Below the pieces are notes generated by a model. That model did no database searches. It saw nothing but the letters and a program-made list of their open reading frames with translations, and was not told where the DNA came from. A program made the translations under genes and the position numbers. Positions 23,260 through 32,553 of a stretch of DNA of 64,000 nt are shown here, in pieces (the first letter of the stretch is position 1; each line of letters begins with the position of its first letter). The DNA lies in contig CAVSQW010000006.1 of assembly GCA_963730185.1 (NCBI GenBank), positions 96,001 to 160,000 on the forward strand. Reading direction: 5' to 3'. Source of the DNA: an uncultured Gemmatimonadales bacterium (GTDB lineage Bacteria > Gemmatimonadota > Gemmatimonadetes > Gemmatimonadales > GWC2-71-9).

Positions 23260-24678
23260 CTACCCCCGGGGCACGATGTCCACGAGCCTCCCCGCCCCGT
23301 CCCGCCGGATGTCGTAGAGCCGCCCGTTGGCGATCACCACGACCGTCCGTCGGGCGTTGGCGATGTCGTCGAGCGGGTTCGCCGCCAGGAGCACCAGATC
23401 GGCAATCTTGCCGGCCTCCACCGTGCCTAACGAGTCGGTCATCCCGAAGAAGCGAGCCGGATCGAGCGTGGCGGTTTTCAGCGCCTCGAACGGCGTGAGC
23501 CCCGCTTCGACGAAGTAGCTCAGCTCCTGATGGAGGCCGAACCCAGGCGGGCTGTTCCGGAGCGGGGCGTCCGTCCCCGGCATGATCCCCACCCCCGCCC
23601 GATAGAGCGCCCCCGTCACCGCCACCCGCTTGGCGAAGAGCTGCTTCCCCACCACGTCGGCGCCGGGCGGGATGCTGTCCGGCATCGGGAAGATCCCGGC
23701 CACGTACTTCTTGAGCGAGTCCGGCAGATACCGGCCGTAGGCGTCGCCCGGGAGCGCCCGCTTGGGCCAGAGCGCCACCTCGAGTTGGGCCACCAGAGTC
23801 GGGACCACCCAGGTGCCGTTCCGCTTGAGCTTGGCGAACAGGGGCCTGAGATCATCGGTCGTGCAGGCCCCCAGAGCGGCCTGGATCGGGAACCGGGGCG
23901 CCAGCGACCGGACCTCGTCGGGGGTGCACTGGTTGGGGATGGTCAGCAGGTGCTCGATGCTCTTCTGGCCCGCGTCCGACGCATCGGCCGCGCCCACGTC
24001 CCGGGGCACGTGCCCGACGAAAGTGATGCCCCGCCTTCTGGCCGCCCGGGCGATCGCGAAGTACTTCTCCCGGTTGAGCTGGCTGTGCACCTTCACGAAG
24101 TCCACGCCCAGCTTGATCAACGAGTCCACCGCCGGCTGGGCGTCCTCGGGCTTGGAGATCAGGAGGTGGGGGATCGGCACGTCGCCGCCCTCGAGGTAGG
24201 GGCCCGCCGCGACGATCCGGGGGCCGATCAGGGCTCCCGCGGCGATCTCCTTCCGCCACCCGGTCAGCACGCTCCAGTCGTCCGCCATGTCCCGGACGCC
24301 GGTCACGCCGTTGGCGACGTAGAGGGCGAGCACCTTCCGGCCGCCCGGCATCGTCGTGTGGACGTGCATGTCCCAGAGCCCGGGGATCAGGAACTTTCCC
24401 CGGCCGTCGACGACGGTCACCCCGGCGGGCACCCTCACCGAGGCGCTCGGCCCGACAGCGAGGATCCGGTTGCCGCCCACCAGGACGGTCTGGTCCGGCC
24501 TCGGTGTGCGGCTCCGGGCGTCGATCACGGTGACGTGGGTGAGGGCGATGGTGGCCGGCGCGGCCGGGGTCCCGCCGGGCCGCTGAGCGGCGCTCGGCGA
24601 AGCAAGGAGGCAAACGATACCTGCCAGAGCTGTCCCCATCCGGGTAGCAGGCTCGAGCGGTCGCTGGATTCGCGTCAT
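23260..24678 (-). CDS. Amidohydrolase family protein (secreted)
   Basis: IPGLWDMHVH, GVTGVRD, GTDAP, GTVEAGKIADLVLL. Confidence 0.9.
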   Translation of the reverse strand: MTRIQRPLEPATRMGTALAGIVCLLASPSAAQRPGGTPAAPATIALTHVTVIDARSRTPRPDQTVLVGGNRILAVGPSASVRVPAGVTVVDGRGKFLIPGLWDMHVHTTMPGGRKVLALYVANGVTGVRDMADDWSVLTGWRKEIAAGALIGPRIVAAGPYLEGGDVPIPHLLISKPEDAQPAVDSLIKLGVDFVKVHSQLNREKYFAIARAARRRGITFVGHVPRDVGAADASDAGQKSIEHLLTIPNQCTPDEVRSLAPRFPIQAALGACTTDDLRPLFAKLKRNGTWVVPTLVAQLEVALWPKRALPGDAYGRYLPDSLKKYVAGIFPMPDSIPPGADVVGKQLFAKRVAVTGALYRAGVGIMPGTDAPLRNSPPGFGLHQELSYFVEAGLTPFEALKTATLDPARFFGMTDSLGTVEAGKIADLVLLAANPLDDIANARRTVVVIANGRLYDIRRDGAGRLVDIVPRG

Positions 24679-24882
24679 GAGGGTGTCACGGGAAAACGTT
24701 CGGAAGGCACGACCCCGGTGATCGCCCGGGGTCGACGGCCGATCGACTCAAAGATACCGCCCTGTTGACCCCATGGCCTCGGGCCCGGACCCGACCGGCC
24801 GCCGAGGCTTGCGGCCGCCCCGAACCCCCGGCAAGTTCTCGGGAGCAATGCACTTCCGGGACCCCGAGCGCACGAGAGCCCC

Positions 24883-25716
24883 ATGCCCGCACGATCCATC
24901 GGTACCGCCACCATCTCCTTCGGCCTGGTCTCCGTACCCGTCCAGGTCTACTCCTCGGCCGAGCCGACCGGCAAGGGCTACTCGTTCAACCTGCTCCACC
25001 AGAAGTGCGGCACCAAGCTCAAGCAGCAATACCGCTGTCCCAAGGACGAGGAGATCGTGACCCGCGACGAGATGGTCAAGGGCTACGAGTTCGCCAAAGA
25101 CCAGTACGTGACCTTCACCAACGACGAGATCAAGGCGCTGGACGAGAAGGGCGACGGCGGGATCAACATCTCCGAGTTCGTCCCCCTCGCCCAGGTCGAC
25201 CGCGGCTACCTCGACAAGGTCTACTATCTCGGCCCCGACAAGGGCGGCGACCGGGCCTACCGGCTGCTGGCCGCCGCCCTGTCCGAAACCGGTCGCGCCG
25301 CATTGGGCCAGTACGCCGCCCGGGGCAAGCAGCATCTCGTGTTGCTCCGGCCCATGCCCGGCGGGGTGATCGCGATGGAGCAGCTCTACTACCGGGACGA
25401 GCTCCGCTCGCCGAGCGAAGTGCCCCTGGGCGAAGGCGAGGTCAAGCCGGCTGAGCTGGCACTGGCCAAGCAGATCATCGAGCAGGGCGCCACCGACGAG
25501 TTCCACCCCGAGCACTACAAGGACGTGGTCCGCGAGCGGGTCAAGGAAGCCATCGAGCAGAAGGTCGAAGGCCACGAGATCACGGCCGAGCCGGCCCGCG
25601 AAGGCGGCGGCAAGATCATCGACCTGATGGAGGCGCTGAAGGCGAGTCTGGCGAAGGGCGGGAAGGGAGAGACAGGGAAGGACGGGGAGGGAGAAGAACA
25701 GCGGGCGGCCTCCTGA
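24883..25716 (+). CDS. ku: Ku protein (NHEJ)
   Basis: ARSIGTATISFGLVSVPV, MVKGYE, YYLGPD, IIDLMEALKASL. Confidence 0.95.
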   Translation: MPARSIGTATISFGLVSVPVQVYSSAEPTGKGYSFNLLHQKCGTKLKQQYRCPKDEEIVTRDEMVKGYEFAKDQYVTFTNDEIKALDEKGDGGINISEFVPLAQVDRGYLDKVYYLGPDKGGDRAYRLLAAALSETGRAALGQYAARGKQHLVLLRPMPGGVIAMEQLYYRDELRSPSEVPLGEGEVKPAELALAKQIIEQGATDEFHPEHYKDVVRERVKEAIEQKVEGHEITAEPAREGGGKIIDLMEALKASLAKGGKGETGKDGEGEEQRAAS

Positions 25717-25721
25717 CCCGC

Positions 25722-26426
25722 ATGGCCGAGTTCTACGTCGGGACCAGCGGCTACGCGTTCAAGGAATGGAAGGGGACGTTCTACCCCGAGAAGTTCCCCG
25801 ACGCCGAGATGCTGGGCTACTACGCCGCCAGGTTCAACGCGGTCGAGATCAACAACACCTTCTACCGGATGCCCCGGGAGAAGAACCTGCTCGACTGGGC
25901 CGCTCGGGTACCGGAGACCTTCCGGTTCACCTTGAAGGCCAGCCAGCGGATCACCCACCATGCCCGCCTCAAGGACGTCGGCGAGCTGGTCGGCTACGTC
26001 TCGCAGACCTCGGCCGTGTTGGGTCACAAGCTCGGCGCCAACCTGTTCCAGCTCCCGCCCAACCTCAAGAAGGACGTCCCCCGCCTGGCCGACTTCCTCG
26101 CCGTCCTGCCCAAACGCTGGCCCGTGACGATGGAGTTCCGCCATCCCAGCTGGTTCGACGACGAGGTGTTCGATCTCCTGAAGGCCCGCGAGGTCCCGCT
26201 CTGCCTCTCGGACCAGGACGACCTCGAGACCCCGGTGGTCGCCACGGCGTCGTGGGGCTACGTGCGGCTGCACCGGAAGGGATACGACGGGGCCGCGCTC
26301 GACTCCTGGGCCGCCCGGCTCCGGGAGCTGCCCTGGTCCAATGCGTTCGTGTTCTTCAAGCACGACCACGCGCCCGACTCGGGGCCGCCGGTCGCCGAGG
26401 CGCTCGCCCGCCGGTTGGCCTCCTGA
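25722..26426 (+). CDS. DUF72 (YecE-like) protein
   Basis: VGTSGY, AVEINNTFY, LFQLPP, EFRHPSW, YVRLH; 5 nt after the ku stop. Confidence 0.92.
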   Translation: MAEFYVGTSGYAFKEWKGTFYPEKFPDAEMLGYYAARFNAVEINNTFYRMPREKNLLDWAARVPETFRFTLKASQRITHHARLKDVGELVGYVSQTSAVLGHKLGANLFQLPPNLKKDVPRLADFLAVLPKRWPVTMEFRHPSWFDDEVFDLLKAREVPLCLSDQDDLETPVVATASWGYVRLHRKGYDGAALDSWAARLRELPWSNAFVFFKHDHAPDSGPPVAEALARRLAS

Positions 26427-26436
26427 GCGGGTCCGC

Positions 26437-29346
26437 CTAGAAGGTCAACCCCATCTCGTCCAGGAACCGGTGCCCACCGGTCGGCTTCCCACCCCGAGCT
26501 TCCACCCGGGTGAGCACCAGCCGGTCCTTCGCCCGGGTCATCCCCACGTAGAGCAGCCGGCGAGCCTCCTCCAGCTCCAGCTTGCCCGGGCTCCGGTCCA
26601 GGGGGCCTCCCGGCAGCTCGCTGTCCTCCGCCCCGACGATGTAGACCCGGGAGAACTCGAGGCCCTTGGTGGCATGGAGCGTGAGCAGGTTGACCCGGTG
26701 CTCGTCCGCCTCCACCCCTTCCGACTTCGAGAGCGCCACCCGGGCCAGGAACTCCTCCATCTCGCCGGCCAGGTCGCCCGGGGCGATCCCTTCCATCAGC
26801 CTCCGGATCCGCGCCATCGCCGCCGGGTACCGCTGGTCCGGCCGCTTCTCCGCCTGGATCTTGGCCATCACCGCCCGCCCGCCCAGCCGTTCGATGAGCT
26901 CGTCCAGGGTCACCGCCGACGGCCCCACCCGGCCTCGCTCCGCCTGGTAGAAGTCGAGACAGTTGCTGTACCGGCCCAGGGAATGTCCCCGGCTCACGTC
27001 CTGGAGCAGCAACGCTTCCGGCCCCAGCGTGTCAGGGTCGCTCAACGCCAGCGCGATCCCGAGATGGTCGAGGATGTTCGCGAGCGCCACCCGGCGCGAG
27101 CGCGCCACCTTCTCTTCCTCGAGCTTGGCGTACACCCCGGCCAGGGTCCGGACGTCCGACAGGGCTTTGTGCGGATCGCCCGGGTTCACCCCGAACCGTT
27201 CCGCCAAGTGCTGGAGCTTGGCGCTTCCGACCCGGAGCCACCGGGCCAGCGGCAGGGTGTCGTAGGTCACCAGCTCGCCGACCTCGGCACCCAGCTCCTT
27301 GGCCATCCGGAAGAGGATCGGAAAGTCGAACTGATAGCCGTTGTGAGCCACCAGGGTATCGCTCCCCACGAACTCACGGAACCGGGGCCACACGGTGTCG
27401 AATCCGGGCGCGTCGGCCACGTCGGCCATCGAGTAGCCGTGGGTCGCGGCGGCTCCCGGTGAGATCGCGCCCTCGGGCCGGACCAGCGTGTGGAACTCCT
27501 CCACCACCTTCCAGCCCCGGACCCGGGCGGCCGCGATCTCCACGATCTCCGCCGTGCTCGCGTCCCGGTCGGTGGTCTCGAGGTCGAACGACACGAAGTC
27601 GCCCGAGGCGGCCGTGGCCCGCGCCGCGGTGAGCTGGAGTGCCTTGAAGGTGCCCAGCGCCAGGCCGAGCGAGCCGGCCGACCCGGCCTCGAGGATCAGG
27701 TCGCCTTCCGCGGCCGGGGTAGTCGGGGTGAGGTAGTCCACCAGCCGGAACCCGGCGCCGCCCAGCATCCCGGCCAGGCCGATCTCGAGCCCTCCCATCG
27801 GCCGGACCATGATCCGGCCGCGGCGGGTCTTCACCGTCTGGAGCTCCTCCGCCAAGCGTGCCGCTCCGCTGTCGAGTGCCGGATCGCTTAGCTCCTCGGC
27901 GTGGCGCTCCAGCGCGGTCTGGTAAGGACCCACCCGCTGCGAAAGGATCTCCTCGATCAACCCGGAGAGAGTCCGGTGGCGGCTGCCGAGCTCGGTCAGG
28001 TTCGCCATCGCGGCCAGCGCCCGGCGGATCTTCCGGCCATCGTCGTCGGTGTTGGGGAGCTCCCGGGCGGTCCGCCGAACCGAGGGCATCGTCCCCAGCT
28101 TCCGGGCCTGCGCCTCGGAGCGGAGCCGATCGAGGAGCGTCGGCGGCAGGACCAGCGTGAGGAAGCTCTCCGAGTGGATCGGATCGCGCGGCATCGCGAT
28201 CAGCCGGAGCGACGCGATCAGATAGCGGATCACGGGATCGTCGGTCACCGACCGCCCGTGCGCCAACCGGCAGGGGATGCCGGCCTGCATCAGCGCGCCC
28301 TCGAGGCCGTCACCGATCTGGTGCCGCCGGTAGAGCAGCGCGAAGTCGCCCCACGGCAACCCCGACTCGGCCCGGTCGCGCTGGAGATCGGCCACCAGCC
28401 AGGCCGCCTCCTCGTCGTCGTCCCGGAAGCTGGCCACCTCGACCGGGTAGGGCGACTCACGGTCGGCCCGGAGCGCCTTGTCGAAGAGCGGCTCGTTGCT
28501 GGCCACCAGCCGGCGGGCCAGCTCGAAGATCTGCTTCGCCGAGCGGCGGTTCTCGTCCAGGACGATCCGGTGGGTCACCCCGAAGTCGTTGGCGAACTGC
28601 TTGATCAGCTCGGGCGTGGCGCCGGTCCAGGAGAAGATCGACTGCTCGTCGTCGCCCACCGCAAACACGTTCCGGTGGCCCCGCGCCAGCCGGTGGAGGA
28701 TCGCGTACTGGACCTCGTTCAGGTCCTGGAACTCGTCCACCAGGAGATAGTCGAACTGCCCGGCCACCTGGTCGGCCACCTCGGCGTGCTCGTCGAACAG
28801 CTGTCTCGTGAAGAGCACCAGGTCGTCGAAGTCCAGCATCTTCCGCTGCTTCAGGTAACCCCGGTAGCGTTGGAACTGCCGGAGGTCGTCGGGGTGGAGA
28901 TCCTGGCCCGTGAGGCGATGGAGCGTGAACCGGTTGAGCAGCGCCCCCCGCCACCGGAACGGCACCCGGCACTTGGCCAGGATCTCCTTCTGGTACTCGT
29001 CGTCCGCGATCCCGAAGCCGCGGGCCAGTCCCAGCTTGGTGCCGTGCTCCCGGAGAATCCGCACCGCGAGCGCGTGGATGGTGGAGCGGACCACTTGGTC
29101 GGCCCGCTCGCCCACCTCCCGCCGGAGCCGGCTGGCGACCTCCTCGGCCGCCTTGTTGGTGTAGGTCACCGCACAGATCCGGGCCGGATCGATTCCCTTC
29201 ACCTTGATCAGGTGCTCGATCCGCTCGATCAGACAATACGTCTTGCCGGCCCCAGGCCCGGCCAGCACCAGCACTGGCCCGAGGTCGGCCTGGATCGCCT
29301 CGAGCTGTCGCGCGGAGGGGTCGAAGGAGGTGGTGACGGAAGACAC
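26437..29346 (-). CDS. UvrD/Rep-family helicase with an inserted DEDDh 3'-5' exonuclease domain
   Basis: Helicase motifs GPGAGKT, DEFQD, GDDEQSIF, TLHATKGLEF, LLYVGMTRAK; exonuclease motifs DLET, HNGYQFD, HKALSD. Confidence 0.9.
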   Translation of the reverse strand: MSSVTTSFDPSARQLEAIQADLGPVLVLAGPGAGKTYCLIERIEHLIKVKGIDPARICAVTYTNKAAEEVASRLRREVGERADQVVRSTIHALAVRILREHGTKLGLARGFGIADDEYQKEILAKCRVPFRWRGALLNRFTLHRLTGQDLHPDDLRQFQRYRGYLKQRKMLDFDDLVLFTRQLFDEHAEVADQVAGQFDYLLVDEFQDLNEVQYAILHRLARGHRNVFAVGDDEQSIFSWTGATPELIKQFANDFGVTHRIVLDENRRSAKQIFELARRLVASNEPLFDKALRADRESPYPVEVASFRDDDEEAAWLVADLQRDRAESGLPWGDFALLYRRHQIGDGLEGALMQAGIPCRLAHGRSVTDDPVIRYLIASLRLIAMPRDPIHSESFLTLVLPPTLLDRLRSEAQARKLGTMPSVRRTARELPNTDDDGRKIRRALAAMANLTELGSRHRTLSGLIEEILSQRVGPYQTALERHAEELSDPALDSGAARLAEELQTVKTRRGRIMVRPMGGLEIGLAGMLGGAGFRLVDYLTPTTPAAEGDLILEAGSAGSLGLALGTFKALQLTAARATAASGDFVSFDLETTDRDASTAEIVEIAAARVRGWKVVEEFHTLVRPEGAISPGAAATHGYSMADVADAPGFDTVWPRFREFVGSDTLVAHNGYQFDFPILFRMAKELGAEVGELVTYDTLPLARWLRVGSAKLQHLAERFGVNPGDPHKALSDVRTLAGVYAKLEEEKVARSRRVALANILDHLGIALALSDPDTLGPEALLLQDVSRGHSLGRYSNCLDFYQAERGRVGPSAVTLDELIERLGGRAVMAKIQAEKRPDQRYPAAMARIRRLMEGIAPGDLAGEMEEFLARVALSKSEGVEADEHRVNLLTLHATKGLEFSRVYIVGAEDSELPGGPLDRSPGKLELEEARRLLYVGMTRAKDRLVLTRVEARGGKPTGGHRFLDEMGLTF

Positions 29347-29356
29347 GCCCGGGAAT

Positions 29357-30013
29357 CTAGAGCGTTTCGCTCCAGGCCACGATCGTGTCGGCCAGCTCGT
29401 CCATGACCTGGTCGGCGGTGCGGCCGTCTCGCTTGAGCATGGCGAAGGAATGGTCCCCGCCCTCGACCACGTGGAGTGTGGCCCGAGGCCCCAAGGCGCG
29501 GGTCACCCCAGTGATCAGCTCGAGGTCGGCCAAATCGTCGCGGGTGCCCTGGAGGAACAGCATCGGCACCGTCACCCGGGCCAGGTGCTCGGCGCGGGTG
29601 GTATCGGGCCGCTTGGGCGGGTGGAGCGGAAAGCCGAGGAAGACGAGCCCCTTCACGCCGGGAAGCGGCGCCTCGGCCGCGGCGGTCGACGTCATTCGTC
29701 CTCCGAACGACTTCCCGCCCGCCAGGAGCGGCACGCCCGGAAACCGCTCGGCCGCGAGTGTCACGGCGGCCCGAACCGTGGCGGCCGCGACCGCCGGAGG
29801 GTCGGTCCGGTTGCTGCCGTCTTCCATGTAGGGAAACTGGTACCGGAGGGTCCCGATGTCGCGCGCCCCGAGCTCGGCCGCGATCCGGGCGAGGAACGGG
29901 TGGCGCATGCCGGCTCCGGCGCCGTGGGCCATCACGTAGATCGCCCGGTCGGAAGACGAAGCATCGAGGATCACCGAGACCTGGCGATCGGCTACGGCTA
30001 TGGTCGTGTCCAT
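29357..30013 (-). CDS. Alpha/beta hydrolase (KANL3/Tex30-like)
   Basis: AHGAGA, GGKSFGGR, QGTRD, GGDHSF. Confidence 0.88.
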   Translation of the reverse strand: MDTTIAVADRQVSVILDASSSDRAIYVMAHGAGAGMRHPFLARIAAELGARDIGTLRYQFPYMEDGSNRTDPPAVAAATVRAAVTLAAERFPGVPLLAGGKSFGGRMTSTAAAEAPLPGVKGLVFLGFPLHPPKRPDTTRAEHLARVTVPMLFLQGTRDDLADLELITGVTRALGPRATLHVVEGGDHSFAMLKRDGRTADQVMDELADTIVAWSETL

Positions 30014-30089
30014 ACCAATACCACCTCGCGGGCTATGACAGAATGTACGTCCGCTTGCCGGCCCGCCCTCCCGCGACCGATATTGGGAT

Positions 30090-30284
30090 ATGACCTCGGC
30101 CCAAGCCAGTCGCATCGAGCGGCTCCGCGCCATGACGGCGGACGAGAAGGTCCGCCTCGCCCATGGGCTCTGGATCGAGGCTCACCGCACCCTGACCGCC
30201 GGCGTCCGTGCGACCCACCCCGATTGGTCCGATCGGGAGGTCGCCGTGAGGGTGAGGGAGCTCATGCGTGACGCCGGCGCCTAG
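30090..30284 (+). CDS. Putative antitoxin (Rv0078B/MenA1-like small helical protein)
   Basis: 64 aa, LRAMTADEKVRLA...AGVRATHPDWSDREV; overlaps a nucleotidyltransferase gene. Confidence 0.6.
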   Translation: MTSAQASRIERLRAMTADEKVRLAHGLWIEAHRTLTAGVRATHPDWSDREVAVRVRELMRDAGA

Positions 30285-30843
30285 CCTCGTCGCCCTGTTC
30301 GTCACCCCGCTCAACCGGGCCGGCATCGAGTACATGGTCACGGGCGGCCTCGCCGCCGTAGTGTACGGACACCCCTGCCTTACCCTGGACGTCGACCTCG
30401 TGATCCGCCTCGCGCCCGGTGACCCCCAGGTCTTCGCCACGCTCTGGCCCTCGGACCAATTCTACTGCCCGCCAATCGAGGTCTTGATCGAGGAACGCGC
30501 CCGGAGCGAACACGGGCACTTCAACGTATTCCACCACGAGAGCTCGATGCGGGCGGAAGTGTACCTGGCCGGAACGGATCCCCTCCAGGCCTGGGCCCTG
30601 GAGCACCGGGTCGGTCGCGAGATCGAAGGCCAGCTGGTTCAGTTCGCGCCGATCGAGTACGTGATCGTCTACAAGCTCCGCTACGCCCGGATGAGAGGAT
30701 CGGATCGGCACCTTCGCGACGTCGCTCGAATGCTGGAGGTCAGCGACGTAGGACTGGACCGGCCCACGCTCGACCGATGGATCGCCAAGCTCCAGCTCGA
30801 CGACGAATGGGCGAGGGCGTGCTCCTTCCGCAACGGCGACTGA
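30268..30843 (+). CDS. Nucleotidyltransferase, putative toxin (Rv0078A/MenT1-like)
   Basis: YMVTGGLAAVVYGHPCLTLDVDLVI (GG...TxDxD); YVIVYKL and RHLRDV motifs. Confidence 0.7.
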   Translation: MTPAPSLVALFVTPLNRAGIEYMVTGGLAAVVYGHPCLTLDVDLVIRLAPGDPQVFATLWPSDQFYCPPIEVLIEERARSEHGHFNVFHHESSMRAEVYLAGTDPLQAWALEHRVGREIEGQLVQFAPIEYVIVYKLRYARMRGSDRHLRDVARMLEVSDVGLDRPTLDRWIAKLQLDDEWARACSFRNGD

Positions 30844-30886
30844 GCCCCGCCCGGCAGGCCGCCGTCGGCCAACGAGCCTGCCGACG

Positions 30887-31987
30887 CTAATCGGGTAGCC
30901 ACTGAAGAGGTTCCCGCTCCTCGACGCTCGACCCAGCCGGCTCCAACGCCGCCCTCCCCCGCACCGACCGCCACCACGGCTCCACCGCTCCCACCCGCAC
31001 CGGCTCGGTCGGCTCGCCCAACCTGGGCATCATCAGCCGCAGCCCCGCCGCCGGCGCACCTCTGAAGACGACCTCGGCCGGCTGGTCCCACGGGTGCATC
31101 GCCAGGTTGAAGGTTCCCCAGTGGATCGGCAGGAAGACCCCGCTTCCGAGACGCTGCCTCGCCACCAGGGCGTTGTCCGGCCCCATGTGGATGTCGCCCC
31201 ACGACGGGTGGTACGCGCCAATCTCGAGCGCCGTCACGTCGAACGGTCCGAGCCGCCGCCCGATCTCGGCGAACTCCGGCATCAGCCCCGAATCGGCCCC
31301 ATAGAAGAAGGAGTGCTCCGGCCCCCGAAGATGGAACGACGACCACAGGGTCGTGTTCCGATCGCGGATTCCGCGACCGGAGAAGTGCTGGGCCGGGGCC
31401 GCCGTGATCACTACGTCGCGAACCCGGGTCGTCTCCCACCAGTCCAGCTCGGTGATCCGTTCGGGCGGCACGCCCCACTTCTCCAGCCGGGCACCCACAC
31501 CGAGCGAGGCCAGGAAGGGGAGGCCGGTCCGTGCCAGGGTCCGGATCGTGGCCCGGTCCAGATGATCGTAGTGGTCGTGGGAAAGCACTACCAGGTCGAG
31601 CGGCGGTAGCGACCCGAGCGGCGCCGGTGGCGGATGGAACCTCTTTGGCCCGGCGAAATGGAGCGGCGAGGCCCGGTCGGCCCAGACCGGATCGGTGAGC
31701 ACCCGAACGCCGTCGATCTCCACCACGAGCGCCGAGTGCCCGAGCCAGGTGACCCGGAGCCCGGTCTTCGGCGGCCGCCCCCAGACCGGCACCGGGTTCA
31801 TCAGGGGCAACGGCCCCGCCGGGACCCGCCGCTCACCCCCGCAGAGGAACTCGCCCACCGTGGGGCGCTCGATCCCGGGCTTGAGCCCCGCCGAGACGGG
31901 GTTGGCGTTCACGAAGACCCGACCGTTGAACCGGGGCGAAGCCTGCATGCGCTCTCGGCGGACCGCGGCGGAGTCGTCGGACGTCAT
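30887..31987 (-). CDS. MBL-fold metallo-hydrolase (RomA/NAPE-PLD-like)
   Basis: TWLGHS, LTDPVW, SHDHYDH, PAQHFSGR, PIHWGTF. Confidence 0.9.
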   Translation of the reverse strand: MTSDDSAAVRRERMQASPRFNGRVFVNANPVSAGLKPGIERPTVGEFLCGGERRVPAGPLPLMNPVPVWGRPPKTGLRVTWLGHSALVVEIDGVRVLTDPVWADRASPLHFAGPKRFHPPPAPLGSLPPLDLVVLSHDHYDHLDRATIRTLARTGLPFLASLGVGARLEKWGVPPERITELDWWETTRVRDVVITAAPAQHFSGRGIRDRNTTLWSSFHLRGPEHSFFYGADSGLMPEFAEIGRRLGPFDVTALEIGAYHPSWGDIHMGPDNALVARQRLGSGVFLPIHWGTFNLAMHPWDQPAEVVFRGAPAAGLRLMMPRLGEPTEPVRVGAVEPWWRSVRGRAALEPAGSSVEEREPLQWLPD

Positions 31988-32039
31988 GCTCCTAAATCTA
32001 ACGAACGACCGGGGGGCTTCGCGGCCGAGATTCGGCGCT

Positions 32040-32477
32040 CAGGTTCAGGCCGGTCTGGCCGAAGAGCCGGGTTGGCGCGGGTACGCCCTGCCCGGCCTGC
32101 AGAACCGTTGGGGGGCGACGACGTCGAGCGTTGTGCTAGGCCTGTTCTGGTGCGTTTGGCACTTCCACCCAATGAACTTCCCCACTTTGTGGCCCATTGC
32201 CCCCTGGTACTTCCTGAACATCATCCCGTTCACCATCCTGTTGACCTGGATCTACAACAACACCGGCAAAAGCCTGCTGATGGCGGCGCTGTTCCATACG
32301 GTCAGCAACGTCTGCGACTGGATCATTCCCACGTCTCCGATCAGCGGCAGCCAAGGGACGGTGAGGTCGTTGATCCTGCAGGGTGTCCTGACCTGGGCGG
32401 CGGCGTTGACCGTCATCGCCCTGTATGGCTCCAAGACCCTGATGAAGACGCCCAACCAGAGCGCGGAGCTGGGATGA
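32040..32477 (+). pseudogene. CPBP (Abi/CAAX) intramembrane metalloprotease, 5'-truncated fragment
   Basis: EEPGWRGY, FWCVWH, HTVSN motifs; no N-terminal half and no credible start codon. Confidence 0.7.
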
Positions 32478-32553
32478 ACGGCCATTCGCGCCGAAGTCGG
32501 TCACCCCGCGCCGGCTCAGCTAACCGATCTTCCGAAAGGACTCGGGCGGCGGT

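Noticed and set aside
30844..30856. gccccgcccgg as a further tRNA-Gln 3' att remnant next to the TA pair
   Set aside because: Too short and GC-only to be significant at this base composition.
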